This document shows positions 49,745 through 57,721 of a stretch of 64,000 nucleotides of DNA, one piece after another (the first letter of the stretch is position 1; each line of letters starts with the position of its first letter). The DNA comes from Armatimonadota bacterium (lineage in GTDB: Bacteria > Sysuimicrobiota > Sysuimicrobiia > Sysuimicrobiales > Kaftiobacteriaceae), in the NCBI GenBank assembly GCA_037440005.1, contig JBBIUY010000005.1:34179-98178 (forward strand), read 5' to 3'. The notes below the pieces were generated by a model. The model saw only the letters and a program-made list of their open reading frames with translations, did not search any database and had not been told where the DNA came from. A program made the translations under genes and the position numbers.

Positions 49745-50795
49745 ACGGCACCGGGCGAGGGCGACTCGCCTTCCGGACCGGATCGTCTAGGGGGGCGCGT
49801 AGATCTCCGCGCGGGGGGTAGAAGTCCAGCCAGGCCCACTCGAAGGCCGGCGTGTGCGGGATCACCCGCAGCACCTGCCCCCGCAGCGGGCCCTCGGTGG
49901 CGATGCCGCGGAGGGGATCCCACACCGACCCGGTCTCCCGGTCGGTGAGCCGTCCGTCCCGCAGGGCGAAGGTGAGGGTGCGGTCGGGCAGCTGGCGGAT
50001 CAGGGTCTGCACCCGGCGGGTCAGAGGGTCGGCATAGAGCAGGACCGGATGGGGGCCGACCCGGTGGTTGATGACGCGCAGCCGCGCGGCGTCCCGGTAC
50101 CGGAAGGCGGCGGCGTGCTCGCCCAGGGCCACCCCCACCACGAAGTCGTCCCGGGGGCGCTCCCGCGCCAGGGGGCCCCGCAGCGTCCCCTCCTCGGCCA
50201 GGACCAGCGCGTCGGGATGCTCCCGTCGCCACGTCCCCCAGGGGACCAGGGCGGCGGAAAGCGGGCTCAGTGTGGTCCCCCGCAGCGGGCCGACCAGAGC
50301 CGTCCCCAGGGGCTGCGACCAGATGGACCCGGTGTCGTGGTCCCACCAGGTCATGGCGCGCATGTACAGCCACCCCTGGTTCCCGAACACCGCTGGCCTG
50401 CCCCGGATGCGCCGGTCATGCACGAGACCGGTGTAGCACATAGCACAGCGGTCACCAGGTGACCAGGACGGGTACGCCGCCGACGGTGTCGTTGACCATC
50501 TCCCGGTGGGTGAGGATGCTGATCGGATACGCCCGGGCATCGCCGCCGATCTCGACGGCGAGCACCAGCTCGTCGTCCCGCACCCGGGTTGCGGCCGCGC
50601 TGCTGAAGCGGGGCCGGTAGATGGGGGGATGGCGTCCCGGGGCAGGACGCGGTGCATCCGCGCCAGCGCCTCCTGTTCGTCGTCGGTCAGAGCCACCGGG
50701 GCCGACCCTCCTCCCGGAAGAGATAACCGGGTCCCCAGCCAGGAGGCCACGACACCTGCCAGCACAACCCACATCCACCTCCTCAGGGGTCGCAT
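49710..50795 (-). pseudogene. DUF3179-family paralog disrupted by two single-nucleotide frameshifts
   Basis: Homology to the 46953 protein runs in frame B (N-terminal TM, 'HRVLPRDAIPP'). It jumps to frame A at a G6 homopolymer at 50623-50628 ('PPIYRPRF...ELVLAVEIGGDARAYPISILTHREMVNDTVGG'). It returns to frame B near 50440-50450 ('DRCAMCYTGLVHDRR'). Confidence 0.5.
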
Positions 50796-50904
50796 GCACT
50801 GTGTATCGTGACAGGCGCGGGGCGGCGCCGCTGTAGGGATGCCTACACGCCGGAGCGGCTCCGGGCGGGGCGGTCCCCGGACCCGGCGACACGCCGATGC
50901 CGCG

Positions 50905-51471
50905 TCAGCGGGCTCCGGACAGAGACAGCAGCTCGTCGGTGAACGCCCGCATCTGGGCCAGGGTCAGCAGCCCCGTGTGGTGGCGGACGATCGTCCCGTC
51001 GGTGGCGATGAAGACGGTGGTGGGCATGCCCACCACGCCGAACGCGCGGACGACGTGGCCGTCGAAGGTGGTCCCCGTGGGGTAGGTCACGCCCAGCTGC
51101 CGGCGCAGGGCCTGTCCCTCCTCCCGGGACCCCAGGCCGATGAACGGCCCGACGTCCACGCCGACCAGCAGGTAGCGTCCCGGCCGGTGCGTCTGGTACA
51201 GGCGCTGGAAGTCGGGCATCTCCGCCCGGCAGGGGGGACACAGAGCCGCCCAGAAGTTGAGGACGACCGGCGCGCGCACCCACAGCGCCGACAGGGCGGC
51301 GGGAGGGTCCGGGTCCCTCCCGTCGGCGGCGTAGAAGACGATCTCCATGTCCGGCGCCGGCCGGCGGGCGGGAGCAGGCGCGGAGGGCGCCTCCGGCCGC
51401 GGGCGGATGGCCACCACGCCGACGCCGACCGCCGCGGCCAGGACCAGGGCGAGCACGAGAGCCCGTCGCAT
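50905..51471 (-). CDS. TlpA/ResA-like thiol:disulfide oxidoreductase, membrane-anchored
   Basis: N-terminal TM. 'VLNFWAALCPPCRAEMP' CxxC. 188 aa. Confidence 0.75.
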   Translation of the reverse strand: MRRALVLALVLAAAVGVGVVAIRPRPEAPSAPAPARRPAPDMEIVFYAADGRDPDPPAALSALWVRAPVVLNFWAALCPPCRAEMPDFQRLYQTHRPGRYLLVGVDVGPFIGLGSREEGQALRRQLGVTYPTGTTFDGHVVRAFGVVGMPTTVFIATDGTIVRHHTGLLTLAQMRAFTDELLSLSGAR

Positions 51472-51474
51472 GGA

Positions 51475-51840
51475 TCAGAACGTGATGATGGTGTATCCGT
51501 CCTCCAGCAACCGCCGCAGGCTGGGGTGGCCGTCGTGGTCTGCGAGCAGCGGGATGGTCTGCGCCTGAATCGTTTCCTGCACGCCGTAGGCGGCGGCGCA
51601 GTAGCGGCAGGCGCCGTACACCGCGTCCCGCACGGCGGCCAGCAGCGGGCCGTAGCGGTGGCCCGGGGAGGTGAGCTCGCCGAGCCAGCGGGTCCCGGCG
51701 CCGTCGAAGACGATCCGCACGTCGTCGCCGGCCTCGTGGAACTCCCTGGCCGCCTCCAGGGCGTTCACCACGCGCCCCAGGTCGCCGCGGGCGTCGGTGC
51801 CCGCCAGGATGATCAGTGCCACACGGTGCATCGGGTCCAC
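51475..51840 (-). CDS. DsrE/DsrF-like family protein
   Basis: 121 aa. 'VALIILAGTD', 'GACRYCAAAYG'. Confidence 0.6.
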   Translation of the reverse strand: MDPMHRVALIILAGTDARGDLGRVVNALEAAREFHEAGDDVRIVFDGAGTRWLGELTSPGHRYGPLLAAVRDAVYGACRYCAAAYGVQETIQAQTIPLLADHDGHPSLRRLLEDGYTIITF

Positions 51841-52005
51841 TCCTCCGTCGGAGTCGTCCGCCCGGGAGGGCGTGCGTCTTGAGTGTCGCCGGCCGTCCCG
51901 CCGGCGATCTGTGAGCGCGCTTACACCGGTCCCCGACCGGCGGCGCGGGGCCGCGGGAATAGGGATCGGGACGCCCGTCGTCAGACGGAAAGGGGGGAGA
52001 CGTCT

Positions 52006-52245
52006 GTGGCCAGGACGGTGGTGGTGTACACCCAGCCGGGCTGACTGTTCTGCGGCAAGGTGAAGGAGTTCCTTCGCCAGAAGGGCGTGCCGTTCGTGGA
52101 AAAGGACATCAGCCGGGATCCGGCGGCCCTGGACGAGCTGATGGAGAAGGGGTTTGCCGCCACGCCCGTCACCGTCATCGACGGTGAGGCGGTGGTGGGG
52201 TTCAACCGGTCCCGGCTGGAGCAGCTCCTGGGAGGGTCGTCATGA
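52006..52245 (+). CDS. Glutaredoxin-like protein with in-frame TGA at the first active-site Cys position (candidate U-x-x-C selenoprotein, or pseudogene)
   Basis: GTG 52006 after SD AAAGGGGGGAGA. 'VARTVVVYTQPG-TGA(52042)-LFCGKVKEFLRQKGVPFVEKDISRDP...TPVTVIDGEAVVGFN' is a complete Grx fold if the TGA is decoded. A 20-nt hairpin GGTGAAGG-AGUU-CCUUCGCC lies 15 nt downstream of the UGA. Confidence 0.45.
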
Positions 52246-52655
52246 GGTCCCACAGCCTGCAGGACCTGGGCCGGATCCTGGAGTCGGCGCGAACCATCGC
52301 CGTGGTCGGGCTGTCCAACAAGCCCGACCGGCCCAGCTACGAGGTGGCCTCCTACCTCAAGGAGGCCGGCTACCGGATCATCCCCGTCAACCCCACCATC
52401 GCGGAAGCCCTGGGCGAGACGTCCTACCGCAGCCTGCGGGAGATCCCCGAGCCCGTGGACGTGGTGCAGATCTTCCGCCGGCCCGCCGAGGTGCCGTCGG
52501 TGGTGGACGACGCCATCGCCATCGGGGCGAAGGTGGTGTGGATGCAGCCCGGGGCGGAGAACGAGGAGGCCGCGGCCCGGGCGGAGGCCGCCGGGCTGGT
52601 GGCGGTGGTCGGGGCCTGCATGATGACCGTGCACCGGGCGCTGGCCCGGAGCTGA
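52242..52655 (+). CDS. CoA-binding domain protein (YccU/YneT family)
   Basis: ATGA overlap with the Grx stop. 'TIAVVGLSNKPDRPSYEVASYLKEAGYRIIPVNP'. Confidence 0.75.
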   Translation: MRSHSLQDLGRILESARTIAVVGLSNKPDRPSYEVASYLKEAGYRIIPVNPTIAEALGETSYRSLREIPEPVDVVQIFRRPAEVPSVVDDAIAIGAKVVWMQPGAENEEAAARAEAAGLVAVVGACMMTVHRALARS

Positions 52656-52691
52656 CGCCAGGGCGCCGGAGGGGACCAGGGGGAGGCCCTC

Positions 52692-53111
52692 ATGCGCATC
52701 GGCGAGCTGGCGCGCCGGACAGGGGTGTCGCCGCGCACCATCCGCTTCTACGAGTCGGTGGGCATCCTCTCCCCCCGGGCCCGCACCCCGTCCGGCTACC
52801 GGCTGTTCGACGATGAGGCCGTCCGACGGCTGGCGTTTGTCCGACGCGCCCGGCGGCTGGGGCTGTCGCTGAACGAGATCCGGGAGATCCTGGAGGTCTA
52901 CGACCGGGGGCAGGCTCCCTGTCCCCGCGTGGTCGCGCTGCTGGAGCGGAAGATTGCCGTCCTCAGCCGGCAGATCGCCGGGTTGCAGGCATTGCGCCGT
53001 GAGCTCCTCACCATCCGCCGGTCCGCCCGCCTGGCCGCAGAGGACGGGCCGCAGCCCCGGTGGGTGTGCCGGCTGATCGAGAGGCCTGCCGGGCGTGCAG
53101 GGGTCCGCTGA
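52692..53111 (+). CDS. cueR: MerR-family metal-responsive regulator (CueR-like)
   Basis: 'MRIGELARRTGVSPRTIRFYE' HTH. C-terminal Cys pair 'CPRV...CRL'. Immediately upstream of a CueR-type operator and copA. Confidence 0.8.
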   Translation: MRIGELARRTGVSPRTIRFYESVGILSPRARTPSGYRLFDDEAVRRLAFVRRARRLGLSLNEIREILEVYDRGQAPCPRVVALLERKIAVLSRQIAGLQALRRELLTIRRSARLAAEDGPQPRWVCRLIERPAGRAGVR

Positions 53112-53117
53112 CGCCCC

Positions 53118-53149
53118 TTGACCTTCCAGCCGTCTGGAAGGTACATCCT
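53118..53149 (+). promoter_or_regulatory. CueR-type promoter/operator: TTGACC -35, then dyad ACCTTCCAG-ccgt-CTGGAAGGT in a ~19-bp spacer
   Basis: Near-identical in architecture to E. coli PcopA (TTGACCTTCC...GGAAGGT). Seen directly at 53118-53149. Confidence 0.65.
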
Positions 53150-53198
53150 GACAGGTGACTTCCCGGCCGGATCCGCCCGCCGGGTGCCGGAGGGCGCG

Positions 53199-55601
53199 AT
53201 GGCCACGGTTCACCTCGGCATCGGAGGCATGTCCTGCTCCTTCTGCGCGGACACCCTGCGCCAGGCCGTCCGCCGCCTGCCCGGGGTGGAGGAGGTCAGC
53301 GTCAGCCTGGCCCACGAGGAAGCCCTGGTGCGGTACGACCCCGCCCGGGTGACCGAGGCGCAGATCGCCGACGCCATCCGCAGTGTGGGGTACACGGTCC
53401 GCGATCCCGCCCGGGCGCGCGCGTACGAGGACGAGGAGGCGGACCTGAGGCGGGAACGGGACCGGCTGCTGGTGGCGGCGGCGTTCACGTGGATGACGGG
53501 CGTGCTCATGGTCCTCATGTGGGTCGGCCGCCCGCTGCCGGCCGCGCGCTGGCTGATGCCCGCTCTGGCGGCGGGCACGGTGTTCGGCCCCGGCCTGGCC
53601 ATTCTGAAGATGGCCGGGGCGTCGCTGCGCCGGGGGATCCTCAACCAGCACGTGCTGCTGGAGCTGGCGGCGTTCGCCGGACTGGCCGGCGGGGCGCTGG
53701 GATTCGCCCGGCCGGACTTCCCCTCAGCCGACTTCTTCGCCGTGGCCACCTTCGTCACCACGTATCACATCCTCTCGGGCTACGCCTCCCTGCTGGTCCG
53801 CACCCGCGCCTCCCAGGCCGTGCGCAGGCTGCTGGCCCTGCAGCCGCCCACCGCCCGGGTCGTCCGCGACGGCCGCGAGGAGGAGGTGCCGGTGGAGCAG
53901 GTCCGGCCGGGCGACCTGGTGCGCGTCCGCCCCGGGGAGGCCGTCCCGGTGGACGGGGAGGTGGTCGAAGGGGCGTCGGCGGTGGACGAGAGCCTGGTGA
54001 CCGGCGAGCCCCTCCCCCGGGACACGGGACCGGGGGACGAGGTGATCGGCGGTTCCGTGAACACCTGGGGAACCCTGGTCGTCCGGGTCACCCGGGTCGG
54101 CGACGAGAGCTTCCTCCACCAGGTGGCCCGGTCGGTGGCGGAGGCCCGGGCCCTCAAACCCGGCATCGTCCAGCTGGTGGACCGCGTCCTGCGGTGGTAC
54201 GTCCCGGCGGTGCTGGCCGTGGCGGGCCTGTCGGCCGTCCTCTGGACCGCGGGGGCGTGGCTGGTCACAGGCCAGCCGTCCTGGGCGCGCGGCGTCTTCG
54301 CCGCCCTGGCCGTCCTGGTCATGGGCTATCCGTGCGCGTTGGGGATGGCGACGCCCCTGGCGATGATCCGCGGCGGAGGAGAGGCGGCGCGCAGGGGCAT
54401 CCTGATGCGCAGCGCCCAGGCCTTCCAGGCCCTCCCGGAGGTGACGACGGTGGTCCTGGACAAGACCGGGACGGTCACCGTCGGCCGGCCGCAGGTCACA
54501 GACGTGGTCGCCCTGGGCGCGGACGAGCGGGAGGTCCTCCGCCTGGCGGCCAGCGCCGAAGCGCCCTCCGAGCACCCGCTGGCCCGGGCGATCGTGGAGC
54601 GCGCGCGGTCGGCGGGCGTCGAACCCGCGCCGGTCCGCGACTTTGCCGCCGTGGCCGGACGCGGGGTCCGGGCGGTGGTGGAAGGCGTGCCGGTGCGGGT
54701 GGGCAGCCTGCGGTTCCTGCGGGAGGACGGGGCGGGCGGGCCCCTTCCCGAGGCCCTGCTCCGGTCCTGGGAGGAGGCGGGCAGGACCGTGGTGGGCGTG
54801 GCGGCGGGCGGCCGGATCGTCGGGGTGATCGCGCTGGGCGACCGGATCAAAGACGACGCATCCGACGCCGTCTCCCGGCTGAAGCAGCTGGGGATCCGGC
54901 CGGTGATGGTCACCGGGGACAGCGCGCGGGCCGCCCGGGCGGTGGCGGAGGCGGTGGGGATCGAGGAGGTGCGGGCCCAGGTCCTCCCCCAGGACAAAGC
55001 CGCCCACGTCCGGGCCCTCCAGGCCCGGGGACACCGGGTCGCCATGGTGGGGGACGGCATCAACGACGCCCCGGCGCTGATGCAGGCCGACGTGGGGATC
55101 GCCATCGGGGCCGGCACCGACATCGCCATCGAGTCCAGCGACGTGGTGCTGGTGGGAGACCGCCTGGGGGCGGTGGTGGACGCCTACCACATCGCCCGCA
55201 CCACCTACCGCAAGACCGTCCACAACCTGGCCCTGGCGTTTTCCTTCAACGGGGTCGGCGTGCCGGCCGCCGCCACGGGACTGGTCCACCCGGTGTGGGC
55301 CATGGCGGCCATGGTGGCCAGCGTGAGCGCGGTCCTGCTGAACTCCTTCGGCGGGAGGCTCCTGCCCAGACCCCGTGCAGCGGGTCCGGAGACGAGGGAG
55401 ATCGTCCTGACGGTCCCCTCCATGCACTGCGACCGCTGTGCCGACACCGTCCGGCGGACCCTGAGCGGGCTGGCCGGCGTGCTGGCGGTGCGGTCGGACC
55501 TGCCGACCAGGCGGGTGGCGGTGGTCGTGCGCGGCGGCGTCCGCAGCGAGGACCTCTGCGCCGCCCTCGGCAGGATCGGCCACGTGTGCGGGGACGCGTA
55601 G
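53199..55601 (+). CDS. copA: Copper-translocating P1B-type ATPase with N- and C-terminal HMA domains
   Basis: N-HMA 'GMSCSFCAD'. TM6 'GYPCALGMATP'. 'DKTGTVT', 'GDGINDAPAL'. C-HMA 'SMHCDRCAD'. 801 aa. Confidence 0.85.
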   Translation: MATVHLGIGGMSCSFCADTLRQAVRRLPGVEEVSVSLAHEEALVRYDPARVTEAQIADAIRSVGYTVRDPARARAYEDEEADLRRERDRLLVAAAFTWMTGVLMVLMWVGRPLPAARWLMPALAAGTVFGPGLAILKMAGASLRRGILNQHVLLELAAFAGLAGGALGFARPDFPSADFFAVATFVTTYHILSGYASLLVRTRASQAVRRLLALQPPTARVVRDGREEEVPVEQVRPGDLVRVRPGEAVPVDGEVVEGASAVDESLVTGEPLPRDTGPGDEVIGGSVNTWGTLVVRVTRVGDESFLHQVARSVAEARALKPGIVQLVDRVLRWYVPAVLAVAGLSAVLWTAGAWLVTGQPSWARGVFAALAVLVMGYPCALGMATPLAMIRGGGEAARRGILMRSAQAFQALPEVTTVVLDKTGTVTVGRPQVTDVVALGADEREVLRLAASAEAPSEHPLARAIVERARSAGVEPAPVRDFAAVAGRGVRAVVEGVPVRVGSLRFLREDGAGGPLPEALLRSWEEAGRTVVGVAAGGRIVGVIALGDRIKDDASDAVSRLKQLGIRPVMVTGDSARAARAVAEAVGIEEVRAQVLPQDKAAHVRALQARGHRVAMVGDGINDAPALMQADVGIAIGAGTDIAIESSDVVLVGDRLGAVVDAYHIARTTYRKTVHNLALAFSFNGVGVPAAATGLVHPVWAMAAMVASVSAVLLNSFGGRLLPRPRAAGPETREIVLTVPSMHCDRCADTVRRTLSGLAGVLAVRSDLPTRRVAVVVRGGVRSEDLCAALGRIGHVCGDA

Positions 55602-55615
55602 GGGAGGGTCGCCGG

Positions 55616-56152
55616 GTGCGCTACGCGGCGGTGGGAGCGCTGGCTCTGGCGGCGGTCTTGACCGGGTACGCCATCGTCTACCTGGCCACGGCTCCACCGC
55701 AGAGGGCGGGGATGTCGGCGACATCCGACCTGGCGCCCTCGGTGCGGGGGCTGTACCGGGGGGCGGACGTCCTGTTCGTCCACACGGAAGCCTCCGACCG
55801 GTCCGTGGCGGAGATGCTCACGGCCATGACCGGCCGCCGGGTGCTGGTGGTCCCCTCCCTGGCCCGGGTCCCCGGCGGCCTGCTGGCCGACGTCTACGTG
55901 TTCACCAACGGCGTGTCGGGGACCGGACCGTTCGGCTTTCAGCCCGACGTGTTCAGTTCGGTCCCCGGGGAGCCGGGCTACACCCCGCTGCGGTCGGTGG
56001 TCCTCGTCACCTGGACAGGCAGCGCCACGCCCCGGGTGCTGGGCTCGGTGGAGGAGATCCGCGCCGCCGCCGACAGGGGAGAGCTCTCCCTGAGGCGGAC
56101 CGCCGTGGTGGTCAACATGCCCATCCTGGCGTGGCCGGGCGGACACCGCTAG
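55616..56152 (+). CDS. Exported protein with a single copy of the uncharacterised domain duplicated in 48674..49744
   Basis: GTG 55616 after GGGGAGGG. N-terminal TM/signal. 'YVFTNGVSGTGPFGFQPDVFSSVPGEPGYTPLRSVVLVTWTGSATPRVL'. Confidence 0.55.
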   Translation: MRYAAVGALALAAVLTGYAIVYLATAPPQRAGMSATSDLAPSVRGLYRGADVLFVHTEASDRSVAEMLTAMTGRRVLVVPSLARVPGGLLADVYVFTNGVSGTGPFGFQPDVFSSVPGEPGYTPLRSVVLVTWTGSATPRVLGSVEEIRAAADRGELSLRRTAVVVNMPILAWPGGHR

Positions 56153-56250
56153 AGTCCCGCCCGGTCCCGCCTCCTTGCCGCCGGGGCGCCGCGTCTGGTA
56201 AGGTGGACACCTGAGTACGGCGTGCGGAGCGCATCCCGGAGGAGACACCC

Positions 56251-56661
56251 ATGGCGGTCACCGAACCGATGGCGGCGCCGTTTGTGCTGCCGGATTTCTC
56301 CGACACGGTGGTCACGGCCAAGTTCTTCCGCGCCCTGGGCGACCCCACGCGCCTGCGCATCCTCGAAGCGGTCATGGAGCGCGAGAAGAACGTCTCCCAG
56401 CTGGTGGAGCTGACCGGGGCCCCCCAGGGGCGGGTCTCCAGCCACCTGGCCTGCCTGCGCTGGTGCGGCTACGTGACCACGCGCCGGGAGGGCCGCCGCG
56501 TCTACTACCGGGTGGCCGACCCCCGGGTCCGCAGGCTGGTGACTCTGGCCTCCCAGCTGGTAGCCGACAACATGCAGCGGATCCGCCAGTGCACCATCGT
56601 CGACCGCCGCAGAGGGCGAGCGGTCCGGCGGACACCCCCCCGCTCCCGCAGGACCTCCTGA
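56251..56661 (+). CDS. ArsR/SmtB-family metalloregulator
   Basis: 'FRALGDPTRLRILEAV', 'VSQLVELTGAPQGRVSSHLACLRWCGYV'. 136 aa. Confidence 0.75.
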   Translation: MAVTEPMAAPFVLPDFSDTVVTAKFFRALGDPTRLRILEAVMEREKNVSQLVELTGAPQGRVSSHLACLRWCGYVTTRREGRRVYYRVADPRVRRLVTLASQLVADNMQRIRQCTIVDRRRGRAVRRTPPRSRRTS

Positions 56662-56878
56662 CCCCCGGCATCTGATCCGGCCGATCCTTTCTGCCCGCGC
56701 GGCGTCCACCCGCGCGGTCTGTGTTTCCACCTGTCCGGACCATGCCCTGAACACCGCTGCGCCCGCCCCGATGGCGGGCCACGCCGACCCCGCGCCCCGG
56801 CGCCGACTCCGGGGAATATGCGCGGGAGCACCCCCGGTACGACCTGACGGCAGACCGATCGAGGGAGGATGGGCGCCT

Positions 56879-57682
56879 ATGCGGGATCCGTGGGAGCTGT
56901 GGGAGGAGCGCCGGGAAGGGCGGCGGCGGCGCACCGAGGTCATGGCCCGACGCCGCCAGATCCTGACCACGTTCGAGCGGGAGCGGGGCAGCCGGGCCAT
57001 CACCCTGATCCACCGGCGGGAGCCCTGGGAGGACGAGGCGCCCTACATTACCATCGAGGACTCGGAGTTCGTCCTCACGCAGATCAAGCACACGCCGCCC
57101 CAGGTGCCCATCGACATCATCGTCCACACCCCCGGAGGGCTGGCCCTGGCGGCGGAGATGATCGCCATGGCCCTGCGGCACCATCCGGCCCGGGTCACCG
57201 CCATCGTCCCCTTCTACGCCATGTCGGGGGGAACCCTCATCGCCCTGGCGGCCGACGAGATCCTCATGGAGCGGTTCACCACCCTGGGTCCCGTCGACCC
57301 GCAGGTGATGGGGTACCCGGCGGGCGCCCTGCTCCGGGTGCTGGACCACAAACCCCTGGCCGCGGTCAGCGACGAGATGATCGTGCAGGCCGAGGTGGCC
57401 CGCCTGGCGATCCAGAACGTCCGGGGCTTCGTCCGGTGGTTGCTGGCGGACCGCCTCCCCGCCGAGGCGGCCGCCCGGCTGGCCGACTTCCTGACCGGAG
57501 GCTACCTGGCCCACGACACCCCCATCACCCTGGAGGCGGTGGCGTCGTTCGGCCTGGCGGTCCGTGAGGGAGTCCCGGCGGCCATCTACGACCTGTTCTC
57601 CACCTGCGAGTTCGGGGTGTGCAAGCGGCCCTGCCTGGCCGCCTACGACCACGCGGGCGTCGGCAGCTCCGCCGTGGCCTGA
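56879..57682 (+). CDS. SDH-family (ClpP/crotonase-fold, S49-like) serine peptidase
   Basis: 'IDIIVHTPGGLALAAEMIAMAL', 'FYAMSGGTLIALAADEILME'. ATG 56879 after GAGGGAGGATGGG. Confidence 0.55.
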   Translation: MRDPWELWEERREGRRRRTEVMARRRQILTTFERERGSRAITLIHRREPWEDEAPYITIEDSEFVLTQIKHTPPQVPIDIIVHTPGGLALAAEMIAMALRHHPARVTAIVPFYAMSGGTLIALAADEILMERFTTLGPVDPQVMGYPAGALLRVLDHKPLAAVSDEMIVQAEVARLAIQNVRGFVRWLLADRLPAEAAARLADFLTGGYLAHDTPITLEAVASFGLAVREGVPAAIYDLFSTCEFGVCKRPCLAAYDHAGVGSSAVA

Positions 57683-57721
57683 GGGGCCGGCCTTTTCCCG
57701 GCGTTATGAGGAGGTGGTGAG

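Noticed and set aside
50424-50452. Model of the DUF3179 paralog lesion as a 7-bp tandem duplication plus a nonsense TGA
   Set aside because: Realignment shows a single 1-nt indel near 50445 restores '...VLVTWDRCAMCYTGLVHDRR', with the CxxC intact. That is more parsimonious than two independent events. The 7-bp duplicate is noted but not needed.
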